DNA of 64,000 bases. Origin: Azolla caroliniana (Eukaryota; Plantae; Polypodiophyta). The notes beneath the pieces were generated by a model. That model was not told where the DNA came from, made no database searches, and saw nothing but the letters and a program-made list of their open reading frames with translations. Location of the stretch: the NCBI GenBank assembly GCA_043228905.1, contig JBHGNT010000020.1, positions 15,624,001-15,688,000 on the forward strand, read 5' to 3'. Of the stretch, positions 10,501 to 22,200 are shown piece after piece (the first letter of the stretch is position 1; every line of letters starts with the position of its first letter). The position numbers and the translations under genes were made by a program.

Positions 10501-13218
10501 CCCTTGTTCGCCGCTGCCGAGGGTTTCGCGGTTCCGTTCATGGTTCAGTCGTATGGTCAGGAATTGGACTGAGTGTCATCCATCTTGGCTCTTTACGCGC
10601 GCGTATGCCGAACCGTTATCCAGCACCCTTGTCTCCATACGCGCCGCTGTAATGTACGGCTCGCCGAGTATCACCGGGTGCGAGAACGTCTCATGCACGA
10701 AAAAGTGTTGATCGATCTCGATGTCACCGATCTTAACGCGTACATTCGGGCACGCCCCGTGCAGCTCCTCCGTAGCGCGGGTCGCCACGCGTATTTTCCA
10801 GTCATGCTTGGTGTTGATCGACCACTTCCCCTTTCTATAGAAGTCCATGGACATCAGGTTGATCTCCGAGCCATGGTCTATCAATGCTACCACAGGCTCC
10901 TGGACGTCCCCGATCTGAACAGGGGTCTCTGTAGTGGCCCTGGCCCAGTGCAACCTCGAATAGTGGCTTTCCGCCACCTCGTCTTCCATGGCCATCTCTT
11001 CCAGGTGCGTGGTTCGCACCTCCACCAGCTTTTCTAGTTCTGGCTCCGTCAAGAGCCGTTTCCGCTTCACCAAGTCCATGATGGAATCATGGAACTCCTT
11101 CTTGGCGATCCCGAGAACCTCCCTCAACGACAGCTCCACCTTGCTGTCGAGGGTCCGTTCTTCGAGGACCTTCCGCAAGTCCGTTGACCTCTCAATCTCC
11201 GAGCTCAGATGGTAACCAGCCTGCTTCATTTTGTCCGGTGCGCTGGGGTTACCGGCATCGTTTTGCTTCTGCCCGAACCGGGTCTCATACAGTTGTGAGG
11301 GCCCGACACCTTCGGCCTTTCCTGCGCGCTTGTCTTCTATTGGAACCTCGTAGTTCTAGCACGCGGCTTCCATGAGACCGGTCTTCTCCTCAACCGGATC
11401 GTCCCATCCAATGACCTCCTAGACACGTTGCTCTGCACGACTCGCTTCCTCCTTCAGTCGTGCGCCGGAGAGGCCTTCTAGCACCGAGGGCCAGAAGCCA
11501 AGGTCCTTCGTTTTCCGGTCTTTGTCACGTCCTACCCGGATCCCGACCGATGCTGAATAATGGATAGCCTCCACATGGTGCGCCTCCGCTTCTTCCATTA
11601 GCCACTTCATCCCGCCACGCCCGAAATTCGTGTCCACCTCTCTCCGAGTATCACCAGCGTGCACCTGTCCGTTCCATAGGTACACCACATTACCCCTGAG
11701 GGCTTCGGAAAAATCCACGTAGTCTCGCTGATTGTGCCCAACCGCGTCGCACCACATACACCGTTGTCCAGCCGGTGGCCTTTGGTTGCGTGGCTGCCCT
11801 CCACTGTCTCTCCAGGCCTACGCGATCTACAGGTCGTGCACCATTTGTGTCAGTCCTCAAGAGCCGCTCCCCCGGATGGGCCCTTGACCGCTCCGATCGA
11901 CGCTGGACCAGTTTCAAGCCAATCCTGGGCGTCGGCGAAGGCTCGTCGAACTTCCTTGCCAGGGTGGGTCCCATCGTCGACGACTTCTCGTCGCCCCACT
12001 CTTGCTGTTTGTTGAAGCGGCGGCAAACCCCTTTGACCACGGCCCAGTCGGTCATTAGCCCATCATCTGTCTCCAGCAGGAGACCCACTTGGCCCTTATC
12101 CCGCACGTCCACCGATTTGACGAACAACAGGACACGGCTCGTGTCCAGCACGGTCCTGTCCAGCGTTGAGTGCAAAGCGTTCTTCGAACTCCCAGAGGAG
12201 CGCCGACACATTCCTCCCCTTTCCGGGGGTTTCCACCCACTCCATGAAGTCTCGCTTCGATAACCGAAGCGCGTCATCAAGCCCGTACCTCGAGCACTTC
12301 GATCCGGCATCCAACCTGTACCTCGAGCACCTCTGCGTGGATGCCTAGTGTCGCCACCCGAGGGAACCCGGCTAGACGCCTATCCTCCGGAATGTCTCTC
12401 ATCACCATCTCGGCTCGGTAGGCTACCAAATAGTTCGTGGCATCCTTCCCACTGAATCGGCCTATCGTGTCGACAATTGCTTCAATGGCCCTATCGAGGG
12501 CGCCCGTGCCATCGCGAGCATTTACTATTCATCGACCTTTGTCGCCATGGCTTCGGTGAGCTCCAATCCCCTCATCTTCACTCCTCTACCGCCTTGTTTC
12601 ACGTTGAGTTCACCAAATATGTCGGGTTGTTACACTTTCACGTGTGAAATAAGGCGGGACCACGGGGGCCCTGAATCGAGGAGCAAGAGAGACAAGAGGG
12701 AGCGAGAAGCACACAAGTGTAAGGCCTGCTAGACCTGTCAACAACCGGCGACACTTGCCCGCTGATTGAACCACCAACGCGTATATTGACTTAATCAAGG
12801 GCACACTCAAGAGAAGCGAAAGAAGACACTCCCAGAAACATAGATGACACAGAGAACACAGATATTCAATTACAATAACAGTGACAATTATAACGATGGC
12901 AACCCCTGTAGAGAATGATGATGATGGTGGAGGAAAGAGCTCGGTTCCCAGTCCAACAACACTTCGTCCTCTCCCAAAAAAAAACACCCTCTCCGCCCTT
13001 TTTCTTCTCCTTTTATAGCACAAGGAGAGAGAGCCGTTTACAGACTGTTAAATCATTGTTATTCTCTGTCCTTTCGGACAGAGATCCTCTTCGATTCCCT
13101 ACTTATTGAATTAGTGCTACCTAGGATAATTACATCGCCGGCCTGTACTTAACTATGTATGTAAATATATCAATACATGTGCCCGTGTGCAAGGGCTGGT
13201 TCACGCACACCATCTGTT

Positions 13219-16200
13219 TGTTGGAAGCGAGGTCGTCAGTGCGGAAGATCTAGAAGCATTCAGTTGCTGTTCAGAGTACCTGCGTATGACTGTTCGTAGG
13301 TAGTTGCACAGAGAGAAAGAGAGAGAGAGAGAGAGACACAAAAGACTTTCTTATTGCATAAAGTAATAATACAACAGCCAACCTCACAAAGAGGTTACAA
13401 GGTCACTATATATAGAGACCGACTTAGGGCAACTACCCTTTATGCTAATTACATAAATGGCCAAAACGGGATAGTGTGAATACGTCCATGCAGAAGACCG
13501 AACTGGTCGGGTCGGAACAGTTGAAGCCGATCATTAAGGAACTGATGTCGGTTGTCGGGAACCATCCTGCTCTGTGTCCGGCTCTAACCGGACTGGTTTG
13601 TCGTTACGCCCATCTGATGCCGAAGAGACCGAAAACGGTCTGCCGAAAGACATTTGGTCATTCCATCTGCGACATTGTCGGTTGTGGATATTTTCTCTAG
13701 ACCGATTTTCCCTGAAATGACGCAGTCCCGAACGAAGTGATATCGAACGTCGATATGTTTGGAGGCGTTGTGGTGAACCGGATTTTTCGACAAGGCAACA
13801 GCACCTTGACTGTCGCTGTAGACAACTGGAGCCGAGTCATGGTCGACTTGTCGAAACGTGTGCGCCAGCCGACCGAGCCATAAAGCTTCTTTTGCTGCGT
13901 CGGACGCAGCTACATATTCTGCTTCGGTCGTTGAGGTCGCTGTGCACTCCTGAAGTTTCGACTTCCACGAGATTGCTCCATTGCCGAATTTGAAGCAGTA
14001 TCCGGTTGTAGATTTCCGACTGTCTATACAGCCGGCGAAGTCCGAGTCGGTGTAACCGACTACGCCTGAGGTTCGGTTCGGACCGAAAAGAATGCCATGG
14101 TCTTTTGTGCCAGTCAGATATCTGAACACATGCTTGACTGCGTTCCAATGCGATCGGCCAGGGTTATGCATAAATCTGCTAACGACTCCTACGGCGTGAG
14201 AAATATCAGGCCGTGTCGCGACCATCAGGTACATAAGAGAGCCGACTGCCGGTGCATACGGTACCGACTTCATATCTTCCCCCTCCGGACCGGATGTCGG
14301 GCAGTCTCGCTGAGAGAGCCGAAGATTCATAGGGAGCGGGGTTGAAGCAGATTTGGCTGATTGCATGTTGAAGCGTTCTAAGACACGTCGGATATAGTCG
14401 GTCTGAGACAGAAAAAGATGTCGTTTATCGCGATGCCGACTAATCTTCATGCCAAGGATGTGTCGTGCCGGACCGAGGTCCTTCATGGCAAACTTCAACC
14501 GCAGTTGCCGAATGAGATCGGCAAGTTCGCCCGCGTGGCGTCCAGAAATTAGCATGTCGTCCACGTAAATGATGAGGAAGATGGGTGATCCATCTTGAGC
14601 TGTGTTGGTGAAGAGACAATGGTCCTCATCGCTTTTGGAGAAGCCGATCGATTGGATGAAGTCGTCGAACTTCTTGTACCATTGTCGCGGTGCCTGTTTG
14701 AGGCCGTATAGACTCTTCCTGAGTCGGCAGACTAGATGTTCTTGGCCGGTTGCCACGAAGCCTTTTGGCTGCTCCATATAAATTTCCTCCTCGAGATCAC
14801 CATGGAGGAAGGCTGTTTTGACATCTAGCTGAATCAGCTCCAAGTTGTCGGCTGCCACTACGCCAAGTAGGAAACGAAGGGTTGTCATTTTCACCACTGG
14901 TGAAAAAATCTCGTCGAAGTCGACGCCATATTCTTGTCGGAAGCCCTTCGCAACTAATCTGGCCTTGTACTTTGGGGTGGTCGAATCAGACGTCTCTTTT
15001 AGTCGATAAACCCACTTGCAAGGAAGAGCACGTCGGTTCCTAGGTAATTCGACCAGATCCCAAGTCTTGTTTGCCCGAATGGAGTGCATTTCCGACTCCA
15101 TCGCCAGATGCCAGGTGGCGGAATCGACAGATGTCGATGCTTCTTCGTAGGATGTCGGTTCGCCGGCGTCGGTGAAGAAAATTCCAGGAGAATACCTCTC
15201 CGGAGGTTGCGACAGTCTCTCGGATCGTCGAGGTATGATTGGACTGGTCGCATCGGGTATCGGGGTCGGATGGTCCGAAAGCGGATTGTTCTGCTGTGCC
15301 GAGTCGGGGTTGTCTGAGTCGGTAGTGTAAGGTTCAGCTACCCGTGAAGCTGACCGTGTGTTAAGAGCGGGGCCTTCTTGAAGGGTCGGCACATCGGAAA
15401 ATGTTACCCTTCGGACTTCGATCGGTTTTTCGACTGATGGATGCATAGCCGACTCGTTGAACACAACGTCCGAACTTCGAACGATTTGTCTGCGTTCGGG
15501 GTCCCAGAGTCGGTATCCCATTTCGCCGTCGGATCCATATCCAAGGAAAATGCATTTCCTGGACCGAGGTGCAAGTTTTCGGCGATCATCTTTCGGAATA
15601 AGGGCGTACGCCTCGCATCCGAAGATCCTCAGCTTGTCGTAATTCGGCTTACTGCCGATCCATAGTTCCTGAGGAATTTGAAGTCCTAGAGGTCTACTTG
15701 GCGACATATTGATTATGTGTACTGCCGTGAGTAGAGCCTCTGCCCAGAAGCCATCCGATAGTCCGGAGTGTTGGAGCATGGAAACTATCCGTTCTTGGAT
15801 TGTCCGATTCATGCGTTCGGCAATCCCGTTTTGCTCCGGACTGTGTGGTGCCGTAAATTCACGTCGGATGCCGCGTTGTCGGCAGAATTTGACGAATTCT
15901 TCGGATTTGAACTCTCCCCCATTGTCTGTCCGAAAGCATTTCAGTTTTCGGTCGGTTTGATTTTCTACCATAGCGAGCCAATCGGAGAAGATCGAGAAGA
16001 CCCGATCTTTGGTGCGAATTGGATAAGCCCACACCTTTCGAGTCGAATCGTCAATAAAAGTGACGAAGTAAGATGCACCGCCTAGAGACTGATGCGGCAT
16101 TGGGCCACAGACGTCCGAATGGACTAAATCGAGAGGTCTCGTTTCTCTTGGTGCGGATGTCGGGTGTGATGCGGCTGCTTGTTTGCCATACTGGCAATGC

Positions 16201-18379
16201 TCGCAGAATTGATGGTCCGAGAAGGAGAGTTTGGGGATGTATCCGGCTCTAGATAGGTGCGTGATGCCGGCCTTGCTGAGATGTCCCAATCGTCGGTGCC
16301 ATAGTGATGACACAGGAATATCCACCAAAAACAGGTTACCCTCTCTGAGCGTAACATGTAACGGATACAGGGAGTGTATCTTGGGTCCTCTAGCAAGCAG
16401 GAGGTTCCCCCTGTGGAGTGTCCACCCTCCCGAAGAAAAACCGGCACGAATGCCGTCTTCATCTAGTTGTCCGACTGAGATCAATGGCCTTGAGAGCTCG
16501 GGTACATGTCGGACATTGTGGAGTACAAGTGTAGAGCCACCTGCAAGGTTGAGCTCTACTGTGCCGATTCCGATGATGTCACAGTGTTGCGAGTTACCGA
16601 CCCGAACTGAGTCGGAGTGACGGATCGTGTATTGCCGAAATTGGGATCGATGAGGAGTCACGTGAAATGACGCGCCCGAATCTAAGAGCCATGTGCTCGA
16701 TTCTTCAGTCGTGAGTAGAACTTCTGATCCGACTGGATTTTCGATTGATAGTATATTCGGGTCGTCCGGTAGTACATCAGCTGAGAAGCTGACGTAATTG
16801 ACCTCCTCATGCCGGCCACTCTTCTTGTCTGATCTCTGAGACTTGTCGTTCTTGTTCTTGAGTGCGCGGCAGTCGGCTTTGATGTGCCCGGGTTTCTTGC
16901 AGTAGTTGCAGATTCGGTTATCCCGTGACTGGCTCCGTCTTCGCTGATTGTTCGGCGGTCGTGAGGAATCTCTTCCTCGTATGTTCGATCGGTCTGTCGA
17001 ACCTTGTACTACATAAGCGTCTTCTGTTGAGTCTTTGGCGAAAGACTTTCTCCGAGCTGCTTCGGTCAGGATTGCGCTCGTGACTTCGGAGTATTTAACA
17101 GCCGTGGTTGACGCGTTGCACACAGTTGTGACGAAAGTTTCCCATGATGAGGGAAGGCTGCTCATGAGTATCATTGCTCTGAGTTCATCCTCGATTGCCG
17201 TCCCCTGAGATGAGATTTGGGAGCTGATGCTTTCGTACTCATTGAGGTGTGCTTGAACCGAATCGGATTCTTTCATCCGCAAGTTGTAGAGGCGCCGGAT
17301 CAGAAACATCTTCGTTGCGGCGACCTTCTTTTCGTAAGTGTCCGACAGTGTTTTCCACAGTTCGAATGCTGTCGTACACGATTGCACCGTAAAGTATACC
17401 GATTCCGATAGGTGCATCCGAATCGTGGCGCGGACAATTCTGTCCAGCTTCTGCCACTCAATTGGTTTGTATCCTTCTGGGGGTTCTTCATTTTCGATGG
17501 GATCGATTTGCCCCTTGACTATGAGATAGTCCTGCATTTGTTCCTTCCAGAAGTTGAAGTTCGATCCATCGAACTTTCGTAGACTCATTTCTGACGAGCC
17601 GGATGTTGATGCCATCAAATTCGGTTTCGGTTGACGAAGCTCGGTTCGGAGTTGACTACGAACCTTGTTGGAGTGCAGCCGGTTGGCTCACCCGATATCG
17701 TTCTAGTCGGATTTGAACCCGAGTCGGTTCGGCTTCGGAACTTGCTCGAATTGACTCCGGTAACTTGAGGGACAGAACCGACTGGTCTTCCCGAATGTGG
17801 CCGAGTCGGAGTGAGCCCGGTTCGCTTCGGATATATATGCCGAATACCGATAATTGAAACCGATTATCTGGACCGATTCTGCTTCGGGTGACTGCAGCGA
17901 CGAGGGAGATGGATCTAACTGATCCTCTCGAATGTCGATCAGCCTGATGAAGCACGAATTTGGGGTTGTTGTCTTGAGACCGATCTGCACCGAGTGGTTA
18001 CAACGAGCAGCGTTTGGTGACCTCTTCGGATGCCGTTTAACCGAATGGAGCACGATCGTGTCAATGATGCACAAGGGGATTTCACCTCGAGCGGTTACGA
18101 TCACAAGGAACAGAGTACAACCTGAGGGCTTACTCCAAGCAAGAGGATCTAACGCGATGAGGTGCAAACCTCGTTTTTGTTCTTCTTCTCTCTTTCTTCG
18201 AATGACGCGAATACTGTGCAGGCCGAGATGAAGTGAAGAACCGAATGCTGTGCAGGCGGTGATGACGGCCGAACCTCTGCTCTGATACCAGATGTTGGAA
18301 GCGAGGTCGTCAGTGCGGAAGATCTAGAAGCATTCAGTTGCTGTTCAGAGTACCTGCGTATGACTGTTCGTAGGTAGTT

Positions 18380-18415
<36 letters not shown>

Positions 18416-18584
18416 AAAAGACTTTCTTATTGCATAAAGTAATAATACAACAGCCAACCTCACAAAGAGGTTACAAGGTCACTATATATAGAGACCGACT
18501 TAGGGCAACTACCCTTTATGCTAATTACATAAATGGCCAAAACGGGATAGTGTGAATACGTCCATTATACACATGTATTCGACA
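13219..18584 (-). mobile_element. Young Copia element C inserted in the 5' LTR of gypsy B; 5' LTR 18293-18584, 3' LTR 13219-13489 (truncated)
   Basis: TSD CTGTT (13214-13218, 18585-18589); tRNA-iMet PBS TGGTATCAGAGC at 18290-18279; near-identical LTRs; intact ORF. Confidence 0.96.
13584..17615 (-). CDS. Intact Copia gag-pol polyprotein (~1343 aa, Tnt1-like)
   Basis: Zn knuckle CNYCKKPGHIKADC, protease WLLDSGASFH, integrase HSDVCGP/TDNGGEF/AERMNRT, RT IYVDDML, RNase H YTDSDFAG; no stops; first ATG at 17615. Confidence 0.96.
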   Translation of the reverse strand: MASTSGSSEMSLRKFDGSNFNFWKEQMQDYLIVKGQIDPIENEEPPEGYKPIEWQKLDRIVRATIRMHLSESVYFTVQSCTTAFELWKTLSDTYEKKVAATKMFLIRRLYNLRMKESDSVQAHLNEYESISSQISSQGTAIEDELRAMILMSSLPSSWETFVTTVCNASTTAVKYSEVTSAILTEAARRKSFAKDSTEDAYVVQGSTDRSNIRGRDSSRPPNNQRRRSQSRDNRICNYCKKPGHIKADCRALKNKNDKSQRSDKKSGRHEEVNYVSFSADVLPDDPNILSIENPVGSEVLLTTEESSTWLLDSGASFHVTPHRSQFRQYTIRHSDSVRVGNSQHCDIIGIGTVELNLAGGSTLVLHNVRHVPELSRPLISVGQLDEDGIRAGFSSGGWTLHRGNLLLARGPKIHSLYPLHVTLREGNLFLVDIPVSSLWHRRLGHLSKAGITHLSRAGYIPKLSFSDHQFCEHCQYGKQAAASHPTSAPRETRPLDLVHSDVCGPMPHQSLGGASYFVTFIDDSTRKVWAYPIRTKDRVFSIFSDWLAMVENQTDRKLKCFRTDNGGEFKSEEFVKFCRQRGIRREFTAPHSPEQNGIAERMNRTIQERIVSMLQHSGLSDGFWAEALLTAVHIINMSPSRPLGLQIPQELWIGSKPNYDKLRIFGCEAYALIPKDDRRKLAPRSRKCIFLGYGSDGEMGYRLWDPERRQIVRSSDVVFNESAMHPSVEKPIEVRRVTFSDVPTLQEGPALNTRSASRVAEPYTTDSDNPDSAQQNNPLSDHPTPIPDATSPIIPRRSERLSQPPERYSPGIFFTDAGEPTSYEEASTSVDSATWHLAMESEMHSIRANKTWDLVELPRNRRALPCKWVYRLKETSDSTTPKYKARLVAKGFRQEYGVDFDEIFSPVVKMTTLRFLLGVVAADNLELIQLDVKTAFLHGDLEEEIYMEQPKGFVATGQEHLVCRLRKSLYGLKQAPRQWYKKFDDFIQSIGFSKSDEDHCLFTNTAQDGSPIFLIIYVDDMLISGRHAGELADLIRQLRLKFAMKDLGPARHILGMKISRHRDKRHLFLSQTDYIRRVLERFNMQSAKSASTPLPMNLRLSQRDCPTSGPEGEDMKSVPYAPAVGSLMYLMVATRPDISHAVGVVSRFMHNPGRSHWNAVKHVFRYLTGTKDHGILFGPNRTSGVVGYTDSDFAGCIDSRKSTTGYCFKFGNGAISWKSKLQECTATSTTEAEYVAASDAAKEALWLGRLAHTFRQVDHDSAPVVYSDSQGAVALSKNPVHHNASKHIDVRYHFVRDCVISGKIGLEKISTTDNVADGMTKCLSADRFRSLRHQMGVTTNQSG

Positions 18585-19273
18585 CTGTTGATTCCTCCTA
18601 GGGACGGTTTTCTCCACGACAACGCAATGGTATGTACAAGGCCAGAGATAGGATATGCAGTCAGAGTGGTCAGTCGATATATGAGCAATCCCGGGAAAGA
18701 GCATTGGTCTGTTGTGAAGTGGATACTTCGGTACCTGAGAGGCACCTCGAGCGTGTGTCTTCGTTTAGGCTCAGGTAACCCCATTTTGGAAGGTTATACA
18801 GATTCAGACATGTCGGCTGATGCAGATACTAGCCGATCCACGTCCGGATATGTAATGACTTATGTAGGGGGGAGCTGTCTCGTGGCAATCGAGATTGCAG
18901 AAGGTTGTGGCATTGTCGACCACGGAAACCGAGTATATGGATGCAGCGGAAGGCGGTAAGGAAATTGTATGGATGAAGGAGTTTATCAGTGAGCTGGGAA
19001 TTCAACCGGAAGAATTTTGACTCTATTGCGATAATTAGAGTGCCATCCACCTTGCGAAAAATGCCGCCTACCACTCGAGGAAGAAGTACATCCAATGAAG
19101 GTATCATTGGCTTTGGGAGAGGGTAGAAGAAATGGAGTTCGCTCTAGTGAAAGTACACACAGCCGAAAACGGATTGGACATGCTAACAAAGGTGTTGTCA
19201 GCCGAAAAGCTGAACGCATGCCGACAGAGGGTCGGATTGATGAAATACCCCATGCTGGAGTGAAGGGGGAGTT

Positions 19274-19803
19274 TGTTAGGAAACAGGTCCCTCCAGATGG
19301 GAAGAGAAAGAGGAGCCGAGTTGATGAGAAACCTGAAACCGTGGATGTAGCCAACTCAGGAGACTATAATTGTAAATAATCTGAATGTGTGCCCCACGTG
19401 GGCCATGTATGTAAATAACCCTAAATGTGTAGTAGTATATAAGTACTTAGGGCAATCATAACATGATTATGATGAGTCTTTTGTAAGATAGAATAGAACA
19501 GGTGTTGCCTGTGTAACAGAGCGTGAGAGAAAGAGAGTGGGAGTGCGAAACTCCATAGCCGTCTGTGACAAAGCAGAATCTCGAGGTCGTTGCCTCAAAG
19601 TTTTCTGATTGTACTCCTTTTCTTCTAGTGAGTCTGTTCTCGGGGTTTGTGGACCCTCGTGGTTTTCCTAATTCGGGTTTCCACGTTAAATCTGTGTATT
19701 TCTCTGTTTCAGTTTTCTGTCTTGGTCTTCCATTTAAGTAGTTATTTTCTACACACGAGTATATGAACGAGAAACCGGTTGTGGCCAGTCACGATTCTCT
19801 ACA
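19274..19803 (+). repeat. 3' LTR of Copia A
   Basis: Starts TGTTAGG directly after the PPT, ends GATTCTCTACA; U5 motifs (cgtggttttcc, gggtttccacgttaa, ggttgtggcc) are shared with the LTR of Copia F. Confidence 0.78.
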
Positions 19804-20032
19804 CAAATCAGATGGTTTATTATTCACTATCGTCATAGAATGAAGCAAATATAGTAATGGATGTGGCAAGTGACACATGCATACCGACCATGCATACTTG
19901 TTTATTAGTACATTAGTGATGAGGTTGGACAAGAGCAAGATTATTAGTAATTACAATATCCCCACTTCCTACTCACAAGTTTAGAAGATGAGGTGAAAGT
20001 GAATTAGGTTCTCATTGATAGAAACATCATCA

Positions 20033-21996
20033 ATGGGTTATATGTGCACTTATGCTACATGCTCTTAGCATCAGTCAACACTAATATAAAACACATCCAC
20101 TAATTGTTTATCCACCATTTACCTTGCATAATCTTTGCTTGCCTCCATGATAGAAACTAGCATATTGATATGTCCCTTGTAATAATCGTTTTGTCATAAA
20201 CCGGTTTAGATTTGTAAAGAATCAAGAGATAGATTCCGTGCAGCGGAATAGATATGAACTCTGTGTGTGTATGAGAGAGTGAGGGAGAGAGACAAGGAGA
20301 AAGACACAGAGAATACACAAGGTAAAGTATATTAACAAAGGAGAAAGACTCAACAACCTACAAGGTGGGAGGAGGGTGCTTTATATAGTCACCATCTCTC
20401 TTCATTAACTACAAGACTCATGGAGCATGGGGAATGTGAAAGCTCATAAGTTATGTGTCATAGAATATGATTCTATGACTCATACTAAATGCTAGAATAC
20501 AAAGTGGTGACATAATGGTGATTCCTGACCATTGGAGTGTCTATTCACTCTCAAGGTGAGTTCACACACTAAACCAAGTTGAGCTTGATTCTCAACACGC
20601 CCCCTCAAGCTCAAGTTGGGTCGGTTTCAGACGGTATCCGAAATCCGCTTCGATTCGCGTTTTGGAGTCTGCGTCGACTCGCATATATGCGGAGTTGCGG
20701 AATCCGTGCTCCAGCTTGCGTTGTGCGTAGTTGCGAAGTCTGTGCTTCAGCGTGCGTCTTTCTTCGCGGATTTGCGCAATAGATTGGCTCTTCGCGGTTT
20801 CGTTGCGTGGTTGTGGAATCCACGAGTTATTGCGTAGTGTTTGTGGTACTCCCCCTCAAGCTTGGCAGGTCAGGGATCATCAATCCGAGATTGGTCATGA
20901 ATTACCATAGCGTGTCGGCTCCTAAGGCTTTAGTGAAGATGTCGACCGTTTGAAGAGTTGTGCTAATGTGTTGTAGGTCGACATCGCCATCTAGAACGCG
21001 CTCTCGGATGAAGTGATAGTGCACTTCGATGTGCTTTGTCTACGCGTGGAACACCGGGTTCCGAGCCAAATAGATACTGCTCATGTTGTCGCAGTAAAGG
21101 GAAGTCGGATCCTTGATGGGTACGCATAGATCCTTGAGTATCCTGTTGAGCCATACGGCTTCACATGCGACTATTGTCGCGGCCCTGTATTCCGCCTCTG
21201 TGCTCGAAAGAGCGACGGTTGGTTGTTTTTTGCTGCTCCAGGATATTGCTCCGCTGCCGAGGGAAAAGACAAATCCGGAGGTTGATCTTCTATCGGCTTT
21301 GTAGCCGGCCCAATCGGCATTTGTGTACCCTACGAGTCGTATTGGCATCGCGGTCTTGTAGAGGATGCCGCAATCCATTGTGCCGCTCACGTATCGTAGA
21401 ACTCGCTTAGTGCAATCCAAGTGAGTATCACGCGGTGTTTGCATGAATTGACTAAGGAGACCGACCGGATAACTGAGTTCGGGTCGAGTGATCGTGAGGT
21501 AGATGAAACTCCCGATGAGTTGCCGATACTGAGTTGGCTCACACGGTTTGGTACCAGAGTTCACATCTAGTTTGAGATTGCGATTGAGCGGGGTTGCCGC
21601 GGATTTGCACTCAACCATACCGAACTTATATAACAAGTTGAGGATGTAGTGTCGTTGAGAGATCATGGTTCCGGCCGGAGTTCGAATTACCTTGATGTCG
21701 AGGAAGTAGTGGAGCTCCGTCATGTCCGTCATCTCGAACTTGTCAGAAACATATGGATGCCAAACTGGTTTAGGCTTAACCACTTTCGAACCTTTGCTTT
21801 TCACTTGAATAGATGAAATGCATAATATGGGACAAATCAATGTGCTAGTTTCTATCATGGAGGCAAGCAAAGAGAAACTATGGAGGCAAGCAAAGATTAT
21901 GCAAGGTGCATAAACAATTAGTTCAAGTGTTTTATTCTTTGTTATTAGTTTCTCCTGATGCTAAGAGCATGTATCATAGGTGCACATTTAACCCAT
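20033..21996. repeat. Diverged inverted-repeat pair (20033-20176 and 21829-21996) bracketing the Copia fragment
   Basis: ttgcataatctttgcttgcctccatgatagaaactagca in the left arm is matched in reverse complement in the right arm; also catgctcttagcatcag / ctgatgctaagagcatg. Confidence 0.8.
20213..21748 (-). mobile_element. 3' fragment of another Copia element: RT end, RNase H, PPT, 3' LTR 20213-20597
   Basis: ORF 21040-21870 (YLTITRPEL, ADWAG...RRSTSG, SWSSKKQPTVALSSTEAEY, ARNPVFHA); PPT at 20598-20606 and a second PPT-like motif near 20848; LTR ends tgtaaagaatcaag...cttgattctcaaca. Confidence 0.9.
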
Positions 21997-22153
21997 CCAT
22001 GTATGTGTGCATGCATGGATGTATGGATGAATCCATGCATGGATGTATGTATGGATATATAAAAAATTAAAATATAAACAAATAAACGAAGAAAGAACTC
22101 TGCACTGCTTTTATTCCCTGCTTTTCCCCTTGCTCTGAGATCTGCTACAATTA

Positions 22154-22200
22154 AACCCTAACCCTAACCCTAACCCTAACCCTAACCCTAACCCTAACCC
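22154..22200 (+). repeat. Interstitial (CCCTAA)n telomere-like tract, about 8 units
   Basis: Perfect aaccct repeats, followed by AAACCCTAA telo-boxes near 22248, 22284 and 22341. Confidence 0.92.

Larger units (their letters stand above)
6260..18621 (-). mobile_element. Full-length degenerate Ty3/gypsy element B (fungal-like non-chromovirus type); 3' LTR 6260-6892, 5' LTR 12620-13218 plus 18590-18621
   Basis: Paired ~630-bp LTRs; 4-bp TSD ACGC (6256-6259, 18622-18625); PBS 12615-12598; PPT next to 6893; gag (~12520-11230), protease (ALIDHGSEINL), RT (YSNRWFTVPKKNG, QDLQPVNKV, PQGGTNSVA, FLDN), RNase H (IDTSPTGIGW), integrase (VADRGEL, YNPEENEKVERGH, RWFGPY). Many stops. Confidence 0.93.
4594..19803 (+). 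mobile_element. Copia element A (Tnt1-like, 5'-truncated, degenerate), split by the gypsy insertion: parts 4594-6259 and 18626-19803
   Basis: Integrase C-half (NGGEY, TVPKTPELN), RT (ORFs 5145-5552, 5592-6110, LYVDDML). The frame LMYA|MVCTRPEIGYAV rejoins across the insertion. RNase H (GYTDSDMS), PPT 19258-19273 and 3' LTR follow. Confidence 0.92.

Noticed and set aside
13837-17529. Many overlapping antisense and alternate-frame ORFs, also at 7000-12350 and 33700-37600
   Set aside because: Shadow ORFs of GC-rich retrotransposon coding sequence, with no independent motifs.
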